Positions 52,396 to 63,672 of a stretch of 64,000 nucleotides of DNA are shown here, piece after piece. The stretch lies in the NCBI RefSeq assembly GCF_032444005.1, contig NC_091287.1, positions 408,270,001 to 408,334,000 of the forward strand. Reading direction: 5' to 3'. A program made the position numbers and the translations under genes. Within the stretch, counting starts at the first letter, position 1, and each line of letters opens with the position of its first letter. Origin of the DNA: Ranitomeya imitator. Its lineage: Eukaryota. The notes under the pieces were generated by a model. It did not search any database and was not told where the DNA came from. It saw nothing but the letters and a program-made list of their open reading frames with translations.

Positions 52396-52789
52396 GGCTA
52401 CTTTCACACTTCCGTCATTTGGGCTACGTCACAATGCGTCGTTTTGGAGAAAAAACGCATCCTGCAAAGTTGCCCACAGGATGCATTCTTTCTCCATAGA
52501 CTTGCATTACCGACGCATTGCGACGTATGGCCACACGTCGCATCCGTCATGCGACGGATGTGTCGTGTTTTGGCGGACCATCGGCACAAAAAAACGTTCC
52601 ATGTAACTTTTTTTGTGCGTCGCGTCCGCCATTTTCGACCGCGCATACGCGGCCGAAACTCAGCCCCCTCCTCCCGGACTGCTGAAAGGGCAGCGGATGC
52701 ATTGAAAAACTGCATCCGCTGCACACGTCGTGCAGTTATTTTCACAACGTCCGTCGGCACGTCGGGCCGACGGAAGTGTGAAAGTAGCC
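52396..52789. mobile_element. Second MITE family (GGCTACTTTCACAC TIR), abutting the previous MITE
   Basis: GGCTACTTTCACACTT ... AAGTGTGAAAGTAGCC; shares the TTA at 52393-52395 with its neighbour; homologous to 54603-55012. Confidence 0.75.
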
Positions 52790-53392
52790 TGAGGCTAAAT
52801 CCTAGCACTGCAGGTCTTTATTAGATGCACCTTGCTACCTTTAACTAAGAATCATGACATTTGTTCACTTTTCACTCACGTCAGCTGTGGGAAGATGAGC
52901 AGTGTGAGCTGTGTTGGAGCTGGGGAGAGACAAATCAGAGTCTCTCTGAAAGGATTCTGCACAGGGTTGTGTGCAAAAAACTGCAAGTTTTAGTGGTTGA
53001 TATGGACAATAGCCATTTTGTTCACAGAACTGTGACTAGCTCCGCTGTGGATGAGTAGCCAAGGTCTATTTTGTTAGCACCTGGACAAGGCTAGGGATTT
53101 AATGTTTATGGTTTTATTTTCAGTGATGTGCAACCTGTGGAAATAAACATCACATTGTGTTTGACACAAGAATCCAGTGCCTGTGTGAATGCTGCCTACC
53201 GATGAACGTGAATCCTTATAGCATGTGAAAACAAATTATTGTTACTAAATATCCTCTCTGTTCTCAAGAACGGAGGTTTTTTTTAATTTTAATTCTATTG
53301 TTTGCTGATCGTTGCCTAGGTTACTGGACCCCACAATAAACTATCAACAGGTCTCCCAGGTAAGGAGAGCAGCACTTACAGGCTCTGTGTTA

Positions 53393-54131
53393 AGGTACCT
53401 TCACACTCAGCGACGCTGCAGCGATACCGACAACGATGTCGATCGCTGCAGCGTCGCTGTTTGGTCGCTGGAGAGCTGTCACACAGACCGCTCTCCAGCG
53501 ACCAACGATGCCGGTAACCAGGGTAAACATCGGGTTACTAAGCGCAGGGCCGCGCTTAGTAACCCGATGTTTACCCTGGTTACCAGCGTAAAAGTAAAAA
53601 AAAACAAACACTACATACTTACCTACCGCTGTCTGTCCCCGGCGCTCTGCTTCTCTGCACTCCTCCTGCACTGACTGTCAGCACAGCGGCCGGAAAGCAC
53701 AGTGGTGACGTCACCGCTCTGCTTTCCGGCTGACCGACGCTCACAGTCAGTGCAGGAGGAGTGCAGAGAAGCTGAGCGCCGGGGACAGACAGCGGTAGGT
53801 AAGTATGAAGCGTTTGTTTTTTTTACTTTTACGCTGGTAACCAGGGTAAACATCGGGTTACTAAGCGCGGCCCTGCGCTTAGTAACCCGATGTTTACCCT
53901 GGTTACCAGTGAAGACATCGCTGAATCGGTGTCACACACGCCGATCCAGCGATGTCTGCAGGAAGTCCAGCGACGAAATAAAGTTCTGGACTTTCCTCAG
54001 CGACCAACGATCTCCCAGCAGGGGCCTGATCGTTGGTCGCTGTCACACATAACGATTTCCTTAACGATATCATTGCTACGTCACAAAAAGCAACGATATC
54101 GTTAACGATATCGTTATGTGTGAAGGTACCT
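53393..54131. mobile_element. PIF/Harbinger-like hairpin MITE
   Basis: TTA|AGGTACCTTCACAC ... GTGTGAAGGTACCT|TTA. Confidence 0.88.
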
Positions 54132-54602
54132 TTAAAGAGCTACCATTGTTCAGGCCAGCAGCTCTCTGATGCCGCTTGTCAATCTTCAGGAGTACACGGC
54201 CCCCTGGTGAGTAGGAAACAATAGGCAGATAACCTATAACTTATGGCTCTTGACCTGTTGGGACTAACCTCAGACTGTCAGGACATTTATTGTGTTTTGC
54301 AACCTCACAACATGGAATTTCGCCATGTTTGAGGGACTGCATCAGTTCATGTAAAGAACATGCCAACAACTGTGAACATTTGGTTTTCTTTAAATTGTGA
54401 AGTAAACAACAAAATGGTCAAAATTACTAAAAACTTCAGTGTGCACAACTTTAAACCCCCTTAAAGTCAATACTTTGCAGAGCCTCCTTTTGCAGCAATT
54501 ACAGCTGTGAGTCACTTTGGATAAGTCTCTATGAGCTTTCCATATCTTGTCACTGAAATTCTTTCACATTTCTCAAGGCAAAACTTCAGCTCCTTCAAGT
54601 TA

Positions 54603-55012
54603 GGCCTCTTTCACTTTTCCGTCGGTATGGGCACGTAGCAATGCGTCGGGCCGATGTACCGACGGACGTTGTGAATTCTTTGCACGACGTGGGCAGCGGA
54701 TGCAGTTTTTCAATGCATCCGCTGCCCATTCTGCAGTCCGGGGAGGAGGGAGCGAAGTTTCGGTCGCCATGCACGGTCGAAAATGGCAGACGCGACGCAC
54801 AAAAAAACGTTACATTGAACGTTTTTTGTGACGACGGTCTGCCAAAACACGACGGATCTGTCACACGATGGACGCGACGTGTGGCAATCCGTCGCGATCC
54901 GTCGCTAATAATACAAGTCTATGGACAAAAAACGCATCCTGCGAGCACATTTGCAGGATCCGTTTTTTGCCCAAACTGACGGATTGCAAAAAACTGAAGT
55001 GTGATAGAAGCC
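54603..55012. mobile_element. MITE (GGC..TTTCAC family) inserted in the decayed Tc1
   Basis: GGCCTCTTTCAC ... GTGATAGAAGCC; homologous to 52396-52789 in opposite orientation. Confidence 0.7.
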
Positions 55013-55485
55013 TAAGGTGGTTTCCTCTGGTGAACAGCAATCTTCAAATCTGACCACAGACTTTCAATTGGATTAAGGTTTGAGTTTTGACTAGGCCACT
55101 CCACAACATTTACCCTTAAACCACTTGAGTATTGCTTTAGCAGTATTCTTTGGGTCATTGTTTTGTTGGAAGATGAACCTCTGTCCGAGTCTCAAATCAC
55201 TGACAGACTGAAACAGGTTTTGCTCAAGAATATCCTTGTATTTCGCACCATTTATCTTCCTCTCAACTCAGACCATTTTCCCTGTCTCTTCTGCCAAAAA
55301 ACATCACCACACCATGATGCTGCCACCATATTTCAATCTGGGGATGGTGTTCTTGGGGCGGATAGCTGTGTTGGTTTGGCACTAGACATAGTGTTTACCT
55401 TAGAGGCCAAAACATTCTATTTTGGCCTCATCTGACCACCGCACCTTCCTCTATATATTTGGGAAGTCTTCCAAATATCTTTTGG

Positions 55486-55778
55486 TGTGAATATATTTCT
55501 GCCCAATGATGACAGAAGTATTCTAGGAGTGATACCTTTATTGGCTAACCAGAAAATAATATGTTTGCAAGCTTTCAGAGCACAGTGGCTCCTTCTTCAG
55601 GCAAGATTACAAAAGGAAGAAGGAGCCACTGTGCTCTGAAAGCTTGCAAACATATTATTTTCTGGTTAGCCAATAAAGGTATCACTCCTAGAATACTTCT
55701 GCCATCATTGGGCAGAAAAATATTCACATTGATTTTTCTGGCTAACATGGTACCACAATACAATTTGTTATTGTACAT
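55486..55778. mobile_element. 293-bp fold-back Penelope-like insertion with 14-bp TSD
   Basis: TSD CAAATATCTTTTGG at 55472-55485 and 55779-55792; 113-bp inverted arms 55486-55598 / 55616-55728 (2 mismatches) with a 17-bp spacer; AATAAA 55672-55677; unique tail 55729-55778. Confidence 0.78.
55565..55604 (-). ncRNA. Minimal type I hammerhead ribozyme motif with canonical core
   Basis: Minus strand TTGC-CTGAAGA-A-GGAGC cactgt GCTCT-GAAA-GCTT-GCAA: stem I TTGC/GCAA, 5-bp stem II (terminal G-U), palindromic AAGCTT helix III. Confidence 0.7.
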
Positions 55779-56914
55779 CAAATATCTTTTGGCAAACTCA
55801 AATTTATGTGTTTAAGTAAAGGCTTTTTTCTGCCCATTCTTCCATAAATGCCACCTCTATGGATTGTATGGCTTATTGTGGTTGTATGGACAGATCCTCC
55901 AGTCAATGCTTGGGAACTCTGCAGCTCTTTCAGAGTTATTTTTTGTATCTGTGCTGCATCTCTGATTAATACCCTCCTTGTCCAGGCTGAGAGTTTTGGT
56001 GGGCATCCCTCTCTTGGCAGGATTGTCGTGGTACCATGTTCTTTCCATTTGATGATAGCAGATTTGATGGTGCTCCAAGGGGTCATCATAGATTGGGATA
56101 TTTTTTTTACAATCCAAACCTGACTTGTATTTCTCAAAAATTTTACATCACTAGGACCAGTGTTATTAAATTAGACTGTTTAGATGAGTATTTTCACATA
56201 GGCCGAATGTTCATGTGAAAGAAAATATAGCATGTACTAGTTTTTTCACTATTTCAGATGAGATTTTCCTAAGTCTATAGGTTCATCAAATTAATCGGAT
56301 GTTGCATAGAATACAATTTTTAACAAAAGAAACTTGTTTTTGGTCTTGTAAAGTGTATTCACTGCTGATGTATAAACACCATACAGAAGTTACAGTTTAT
56401 AAATAACAAAACAGATGAAAAGTCATCTGGCATTTTTTCTGAAAATCGTATAATTTTTTATATGGTTGTGTAAAATGCCTGAGAGTCGCAATATGAGGAC
56501 CTTTGTTGTAGCTGCTACTGAAGAATGATATGAAAATAATTTATGATTTTGTCTCTAAAGTTTGTCTCCCTCATTCTTTTTCTTATTATGTAAAATACTT
56601 CCATTCATTACAGAAAAATCATTACATCCTGTGTATCTTAAGTTTATATAGTTAATCTACAATGTAGAACTTTGTATGTCATTTTACGGTTCTTTTTTAT
56701 TGCCTTTATTATAGATATAATTTTGGTTTATTGTGGCTCCTCTGTATATAAAAATGATTGTATTTTTCTGAAATGATGAAGAGGTGACTAACAAAATAAC
56801 ATGCCTTGCCTTATTTTTAAGCAAGTTTGGATTCTGTTCTGCTCATTACAGAATTTGCACAGAACAATGAGCAGCCTCTTGGAAGAACATGAAAGCTAGG
56901 GGCTGGTAGGCTAA

Positions 56915-57647
56915 AGGTACCTTCACACTAAGCGACGCTGCAGCGATACCGACAACGATGCTGATCGCTGCAGCGTCGCTATTTGGTCGCTGGAGAGCTG
57001 TCACACAGACAGCTCTCCAGCGACCAACGATGCCGAGGTCTCCGGTAACCAGGGTAAACATCGGGATACTAAGCGCAGGACCGCGCTTAGTAACCTGATG
57101 TTTACCCTGGTTACCATCGTAAAAGTAAAAAAAAAACACTACATACTTACCTTCAGCTGTCTGTCCCCGGCGCTCTTTTTCCCGCACTGACTGTGAGCAC
57201 AGCGGCCGGAAAGCAGAGCGGTGATGTCACCGCTCTGCTTTCCGGCTGACCGGCGCTGACACAGGATGCAGGAGGAGTGTAGAGAAGCAGAGCGCCGGGG
57301 ACAGACAGCTGAAGGTAAGTATGCAGTGTTTGTTTTTTTTACTTTTACGCTGGTAACCAGGGTAAACATCGGGTTACTAAGCGCAGCCCTGCGCTTAGTA
57401 ACCCGATGTTTACCCTAGTTACCAGTGAAGACATCGCTGAATCGGTGTCACACACGCCGATTCAGCGATGTCTGCAGGGAGTCCAGCGACGAAAGAAAGT
57501 TCTGGCCTTCTAGCTCCGACCAACGACATCACAGCAGGATCCTGATCGCTGCTGCGTGTCAAACACAACGATATCGCTATCCAGGACGCTGCAACGTCAC
57601 GGATCGCTATCGTTATCGTTGTGAAGTTGTTTAGTGTGAAGGTACCT
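56915..57647. mobile_element. PIF/Harbinger-like hairpin MITE
   Basis: TAA|AGGTACCTTCACAC ... GTGTGAAGGTACCT|TAA. Confidence 0.88.
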
Positions 57648-59454
57648 TAAGACCTGGATGGGCAGCTAAGCCAAGTCTGAGCTCTGGCAATTACCATGAG
57701 ATTTCCAGTAACAGAAGCTGTAATTATCAACAGGTCTGTGTAGGTATTATAATGTGACAGATAGAACTATGAAATGCTATCAGAGAAAAAGACTAATGTT
57801 AGAAATAAAGTGATATAAAAAGCTTTTAATGTGAGCAATTCAGAATTTCTTAATTTTCAATATAAGCAGTATTTATGTCGAGCGCATAAAACAGACACCA
57901 AATTAATCAAAGTAGTTATAAAGAGACAAAAAATGTTGTTTGCAGACAATTAAAAATTCTGAAAAACATGACAAGCCTACGAGATACTATGCGCTGATTT
58001 TACCATTTTCATGCTAGCTTATCAAGCAAGCCACATGACAAACTTGGCAAAGCGCTCACCAAGGCTGCGGGAGAGGAAACTGCTCCCTGTACTTAAAGCA
58101 ATGATGTGCTGAACTGTCATTTTGCTTGGAGCGATACTGAGGCAAGGGCTCTGGACTATTTTATACACAGAGCATACGGGGCTGATCTGCACTGACATAA
58201 AGTAGCTAAGATACTGTATGCATTACAAAGTGAACTTTGCACAGCTGAGCCCTTGTTGAGCAGCAAGAAATTCTTTGGTTATTCATTTTTTCCTTGCCTT
58301 TTATTTTGTCGTGATATGCGCTGCAGAGCAGGCTGTCAATCAAGGAGCCGGGGGAGTGGTTACAGAGCACTGACTCTTCACTGCCCTGACGATTGGAATA
58401 TAACTTCATGGTTGCACTTCCAGTTGAACATCTGCTTGTGTTAAAAACAGTATCTACCTGCACAGTATCATTATGGCTACAGGTAAATAACATTTTTGGG
58501 GGGTTTTGCTGATGGACCCTTTAAGACTACAATTTTGGTGCTAGTTACAATTTTCTGGCAGTAACTGTAACGGAGATCTTTAATTAGTTACATACATAAC
58601 ACTGGGGAACAGAAAATTAAAAGTGTTGTCCATTCTATCCATTATGCTGCGGATTAGTTTCTAAATTTACACAGCCAACCAATTCCTACCTGTGGACACG
58701 TTTTTCGGGCTTTAGGCTGTGTAAATTTAGAAACTAATCCGCAGCATTGCACGCTTGGCGGTTCCAAGCACTGTGGATTAGACTGGGGTGGAAAGAGATG
58801 ATTTGCATAGCTCCGCCTACTGCAAAGGATTCTGGGTAAACCTGCTATTCTTTGTATTATGCTGCTTGCAAGTACTTTCCGTTTCAGGAAAGCATCCACT
58901 AAGTTATATAATACTCATCTGGGGGGGCGGTCTGGGTCTAATGGGCATTGCAGGTCCGGGTCTGGCACCTCCCAACTTCAGCAATGATGTCCTCTTCCTT
59001 GCTACTGTCACGGCTCCTGCGCAGACATACTTTATCTGCCTGCGCAGATAAGCTCACAAATATAACAGAGGAATGCACCGAGGAGTGGAGGATGGGGTTA
59101 AATCAAAGTAGGAGAAGAAAGGGAATTATTACACTCGAAATCTAGGAACAGTCAGAGATAAAACAACTAAACGCCTTCTCCTATAATAACCAACAACAAC
59201 CTCCAGCCATGCAGCATAAGTTAGCTCTGAAAATGAGTGCTAGTCAGTGCCCAGATTATATAGGAGATGGGAGTGGCTAACAATGCACAGCTGAGAGCCT
59301 CAATGCTTCAGGAGATCACAGCAGAGCAGATTAACCCCTGCACTGCCAAAATAAATTGACATCGTTTAATAAGAAGGTGAGTGGTTCTAACCAGTGCTTG
59401 AGTTGGAGAAATCAGACTCTGCGGTCTTCTGGCTCCTCTCTGTCGCGGTAAACC

Positions 59455-59542
59455 AGTATAGTTCTGGTAGCCGAACCAAACTTTGGAATAAAGTTCGAGT
59501 TGGGTACAAGAACCCGAACTTCCACGGCCGCTCATCCCTAGT
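59455..59542. mobile_element. Truncated hAT-like TAGAGATGAGCG-family MITE (right end only)
   Basis: ...gaacccgaacttccacggCCGCTCATCCCTA. Confidence 0.55.
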
Positions 59543-61009
59543 TCTGAACACCAGTCCATTTAAATTGATTTTACAGTGTTTAGCAGTTTCTGTACAGCAG
59601 GTGAGCAGGAATTATATAAAGTACTGAATGGGCTTCCAAACCTTCTTTCTCAGTCTTGTGCATATTTTTCCCAGTTATCATTATTGTTATGGCATATCCT
59701 GCTAATCATTTCTAAAAATGATTTGACCCCTTTAAACCTGGGGATTTAGGCAAGTATCAGGATGAGCTCATACATTTATTGATTTGCCAACCACAAAATA
59801 GTTTCATTAATATCTCGCACTGGCAGAGAAGAGACCTCATACCTCAATCTTTATGTGCCAGAATGATGAAATCCTCACCTCACTATACTGCGCAGCTTAG
59901 GATACAGCTACATTCATCCTAATTTATACACAGGTTTTATAAAAAAATCAATTACTATGCATACCTTAAAACAAACCTGGTAGCTGGCTCCATAGCCAAA
60001 GCATCAATCCAGCTATCCCAGCACACAGACAGAGATGCTAGCCTCTTATTAAGACAGAGATATCATTTACCATGGAATATCCATAAACATGCTGGCTTCC
60101 AAATGCGAGACCATTTTTATATTCCTTACATCTGTTAATTTAGCAGAGCCTGAAATTGAGTCTATGAAGTCATCAATCATGCATCACAAATATATTTGAC
60201 GCACTAAATCTCTAATGAACGTGCTAGCCAAAATAGCATTAAAGGCTGGTTATCGAGCGAGTGAACCTTCATAATGTCGGGTTGCTATGGAAATTCTCAA
60301 TATGCGCAAAAGTGCCTAGGATTTGGTGCAACAATAAAATGCATTAATACTGGTACATTTCTTGAAAAACAGGCTGAGCCACTTGAGAGATAAAAATTAC
60401 CAGCAAAATTCTTATAACCTTTATCCGAAAGGAGGTGACGTGAAAAGACAAAAACAAACAGATCGGTGTTTTAAAGACTTCCTATAAATCTCTTAATCAC
60501 ATAAAGTTTTTTTTTTTAAAAAAGGATTAGAAACTCCAGTCGTTGCTATGACAAATCTTTTATGTGCTGAACTCAACCTCACTACTTTTGGCACGCTGAC
60601 AGGGTGTACATCAGTTCATGACTAAGTAAGGTAAGGTACGGCTCAAAAGTCCATTTTTGTAGTTTTCGACATTGCTCAGAGTTAACCTTCACTGATTCAG
60701 CTGGGATAAAGTACAAAGTAACTAACGGCAGCCAAACTCAGAAAGACCCATTCAGCAAAATAAATCTCAAGGTCAAGTGACCTAGTATCTAATGAAGTGT
60801 CATTTCACTGCCTTAATTGTGCCGAAAAGGAAGCCAACATAAGAAGTTACCTAGAAGAATCTTGTAGAAACTGGAACATTTCATGAAGAAGGAAAATCAT
60901 GGCTAGTGTTCATTCAGATGGGCGTATAATTGGCCCCTGGGCTGTGTGATATCAGATGGAGACCCTCAGTCCTTGTGGTAGATCATGTGAGGGTTTTTAC
61001 ACACAGACC

Positions 61010-62126
61010 GATGTAAAATATCTATATCACTAGAGGTGTGATCACAACCAAATAAAGTGACCTCACCATGGTACAATATAAAATCACATTTATTAAAGTA
61101 ATTAAAAACACTCCCAAATAGCAAGGGCATTTGAACTGAAATACGGATGAAAGTTGGGCATGCTGCGATATTTTACATCGTATGTATTCACAAGATTTGC
61201 TCTATAGTGTTACTAGATGTCCCTCAAAAAAGGGGGACACTGTACCATACACATTAATCTATATCACTAGAGGTGTGATCACAACCAAATAAATTGACCT
61301 CACCATGGTACAATATAAAATCACATTTATTAAAGTAATTAAAAACAACATATATGAGTAACAAACAAGGGTACTGGAACCACAGAAAGAGGGACTTTTC
61401 TACCTTAGGTTACCCACAAATATTATTGGACTATCACAATACAAAAGAATAATTTCTCACAAGGATGACATGCCTATATGTGCTGTGTGGTGCACATGCC
61501 CACCTGGCTATAATGATGTGTAAAACTGGATAGCTAAACGCTAGTATTCCTAGTTTCCCAGATAAGCTAAGCACCCCTAAGAAAAGGCATAGACAACCGA
61601 AAAGTGACAAAATATACCTGATAGTTGACCAAAAAAGGGGGGGTAAGCCTCGGCGTCCCTCTGCCCCGACGCGCGTTTCACACCGCTTCTTCAGGAGGCG
61701 TGTTAGGGCAGGGGGTTTGCCGGCTTAAGTATAGTGGCAGAAGAAGTGATTGGATCCCGGAGCTGATGAATACTATGGTCAGGTGTGATATTATGACCGC
61801 TGTGTTAAACAAGAGCGTGTGTCCATATGCGCTGCTGTACGGAAACAGGATATCCTGCTTCGCAGGCTGCCAGATATGCCTAGTGACTCCTTGTACGGAG
61901 AGCATATTGGCGCTTGCATATTGTACCATGGTGAGGTCAATTTATTTGGTTGTGATCACACCTCTAGTGATATAGATTAATGTGTATGGTACAGTGTCCC
62001 CCTTTTTTGAGGGACATCTAGTAACACTATAGAGCAAATCTTGTGAATACATACGATGTAAAATATCGCAGCATGCCCAACTTTCATCCGTATTTCAGTT
62101 CAAATGCCCTTGCTATTTGGGAGTGT
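61010..62126 (-). mobile_element. Penelope-like insertion with 209-bp inverted repeat and ~90-bp direct repeat
   Basis: 61108-61316 is the exact reverse complement of 61918-62126; 61021-61110 is repeated at 61258-61347; hammerhead motif inside; no TSD found. Confidence 0.65.
61663..61699 (-). ncRNA. Minimal type I hammerhead ribozyme motif with canonical core
   Basis: Minus strand GCCTC-CTGAAGA-A-GC ggt GT-GAAA-CGCGCGTC-GGGGC: 5-bp stem I, palindromic ACGCGCGT helix III, GUC triplet; very short stem II. Confidence 0.68.
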
Positions 62127-63332
62127 AAATTTGGGTCACATACGAGTTATCGTAAGGCACCCGTTTTCCCAGATCCACTGCATTTTTTAACATAGAAAAC
62201 TGAATTTGCCCTTTTATTATTTCTTAAATTGTTGATATAAAACCAGGACATACAGATGGCACATGGATCGCTTATTTTTTTTTATGGATGAAAATGGTTC
62301 AATTTGCGCAATATCATCTGAACTTGGCCTCGGGAACTTTTGATTGTAACAGCTAATTTTCATCTGATCAGATTGTGTCTGACAAATGGGCAGTGCATAT
62401 CTAGGATACTTTCACTGTGATCAAGTGAGAACTTACAACTTAGTGGACTCTGCAACTATTGAGGTTTTACATGTACCTTACTTCTAAAAGTTAAACTCTA
62501 AAATCAGGAGGCCTTAGCATTTATCTGTAATGCTGAAAAAGGCATGATGTTATACAGCAGGAGGAACTGATCATATTCATGTACATTTTTATTAGAAAAA
62601 GATTCAATAAAACTTGTACTTTATTCATTTAATCGTGTGGTGATGGAATTCCCATGAGTCCAGTAGGCAGGCCTATCTAGAGATTGATCATTTTCCCTAT
62701 ATGACTGTGCAGCCAGGGATAGCAGTCACTCACTAGTGGCACAGCCCACTGGTCGCATATACATACAAACTTCTAGGATTTTGATTAATAAAATACAAGT
62801 TATGCTGAATCTTTTCCAAATAAACCTATATATCATTCTTCTCCACTTCTCCTTCTCTACCCAAGGCTTTCCAATGTAAGGACTGCACGTGCATGTATTA
62901 TGTGACAGGTTACCTTTACAAGGTTTGTCCAATGGAAGTAGAATATGTTTTATTGCGCACAAAGTGTAACTTAGGGCTTACCGGTTAAGAACAGTTATTA
63001 CTTCAACCACTGGGACCTCGACCATACCAACAGACCTCCACCAGACCGGCTGTTAGGACGCAGCACCAGTGAGCATGCTCGACCACAGCTCAATTAATTC
63101 TGCATAAGGCGCTGTGCTCGGCAGTCCCACAGAGATTTCATGGAGTAGTGTTCGGGCTTGCACACTGCTGTCCTGATTTAACAGGGATAAACGTGGAAAA
63201 TCCGCTGATCGGTTGATGTCCCAGTGGTCAGACCCCATCTATCTATACAGTAGAAGTGATCGCATAATCTATGGAAAGGTAAAAAGTTTCTTCACGTACA
63301 ACTCTTTTGATTAATTTTACCAATATATTCTA

Positions 63333-63672
63333 CAGGGTGGGTCATTTATATCGATGCACCTGCGTGAGACATTTATAAAGTTGCATCCAAAATGGCCGAC
63401 TTCAAAATGGCCAACATGGTCACCACCCATCTTGAAAAGTTTTCCCCTTCCATATACTAATGTGTCACAAACAGGAAGTTGATATCACCAATCATTCCAA
63501 TTTTATTTAGGTGTATCCATATACATGGCCCACCCAGGTGTATCCATATACATGGCCCACCCAGGTGTATCCATATACATGGCCCACCCAGGTGTATCCA
63601 TATACATGGCCCACCCAGGTGTATCCATATGCATGGCCCACCCAGGTGTACCCATAAAAATGGCCCACCCTG
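63333..63672. mobile_element. Tc1/mariner-type MITE whose right TIR is tandemly amplified
   Basis: TA|CAGGGTGGGTCATTTATATCGATGCACC ... ATGGCCCACCCTG|TA. Confidence 0.75.
63507..63670. repeat. 27-bp minisatellite AGGTGTATCCATATACATGGCCCACCC, about 6 copies
   Basis: Produces the GPPRCIHIH / MAHPGVSIY repeat ORFs. Confidence 0.9.

Larger units (their letters stand above)
54290..56140 (-). pseudogene. Decayed Passport-like Tc1 transposase, interrupted by two younger insertions
   Basis: ORF 55778-56137 (STIKSAIIKWKEHGTTTILPREGCPPKLS..RRVLIRDA..TLKELQ..GGSVHTTTISH..RKKPLLK) resembles the Passport/Tc1 N-terminus; ~55030-55110 on the minus strand resembles [12 protein letters not shown]. Boundaries approximate. 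Confidence 0.75.
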
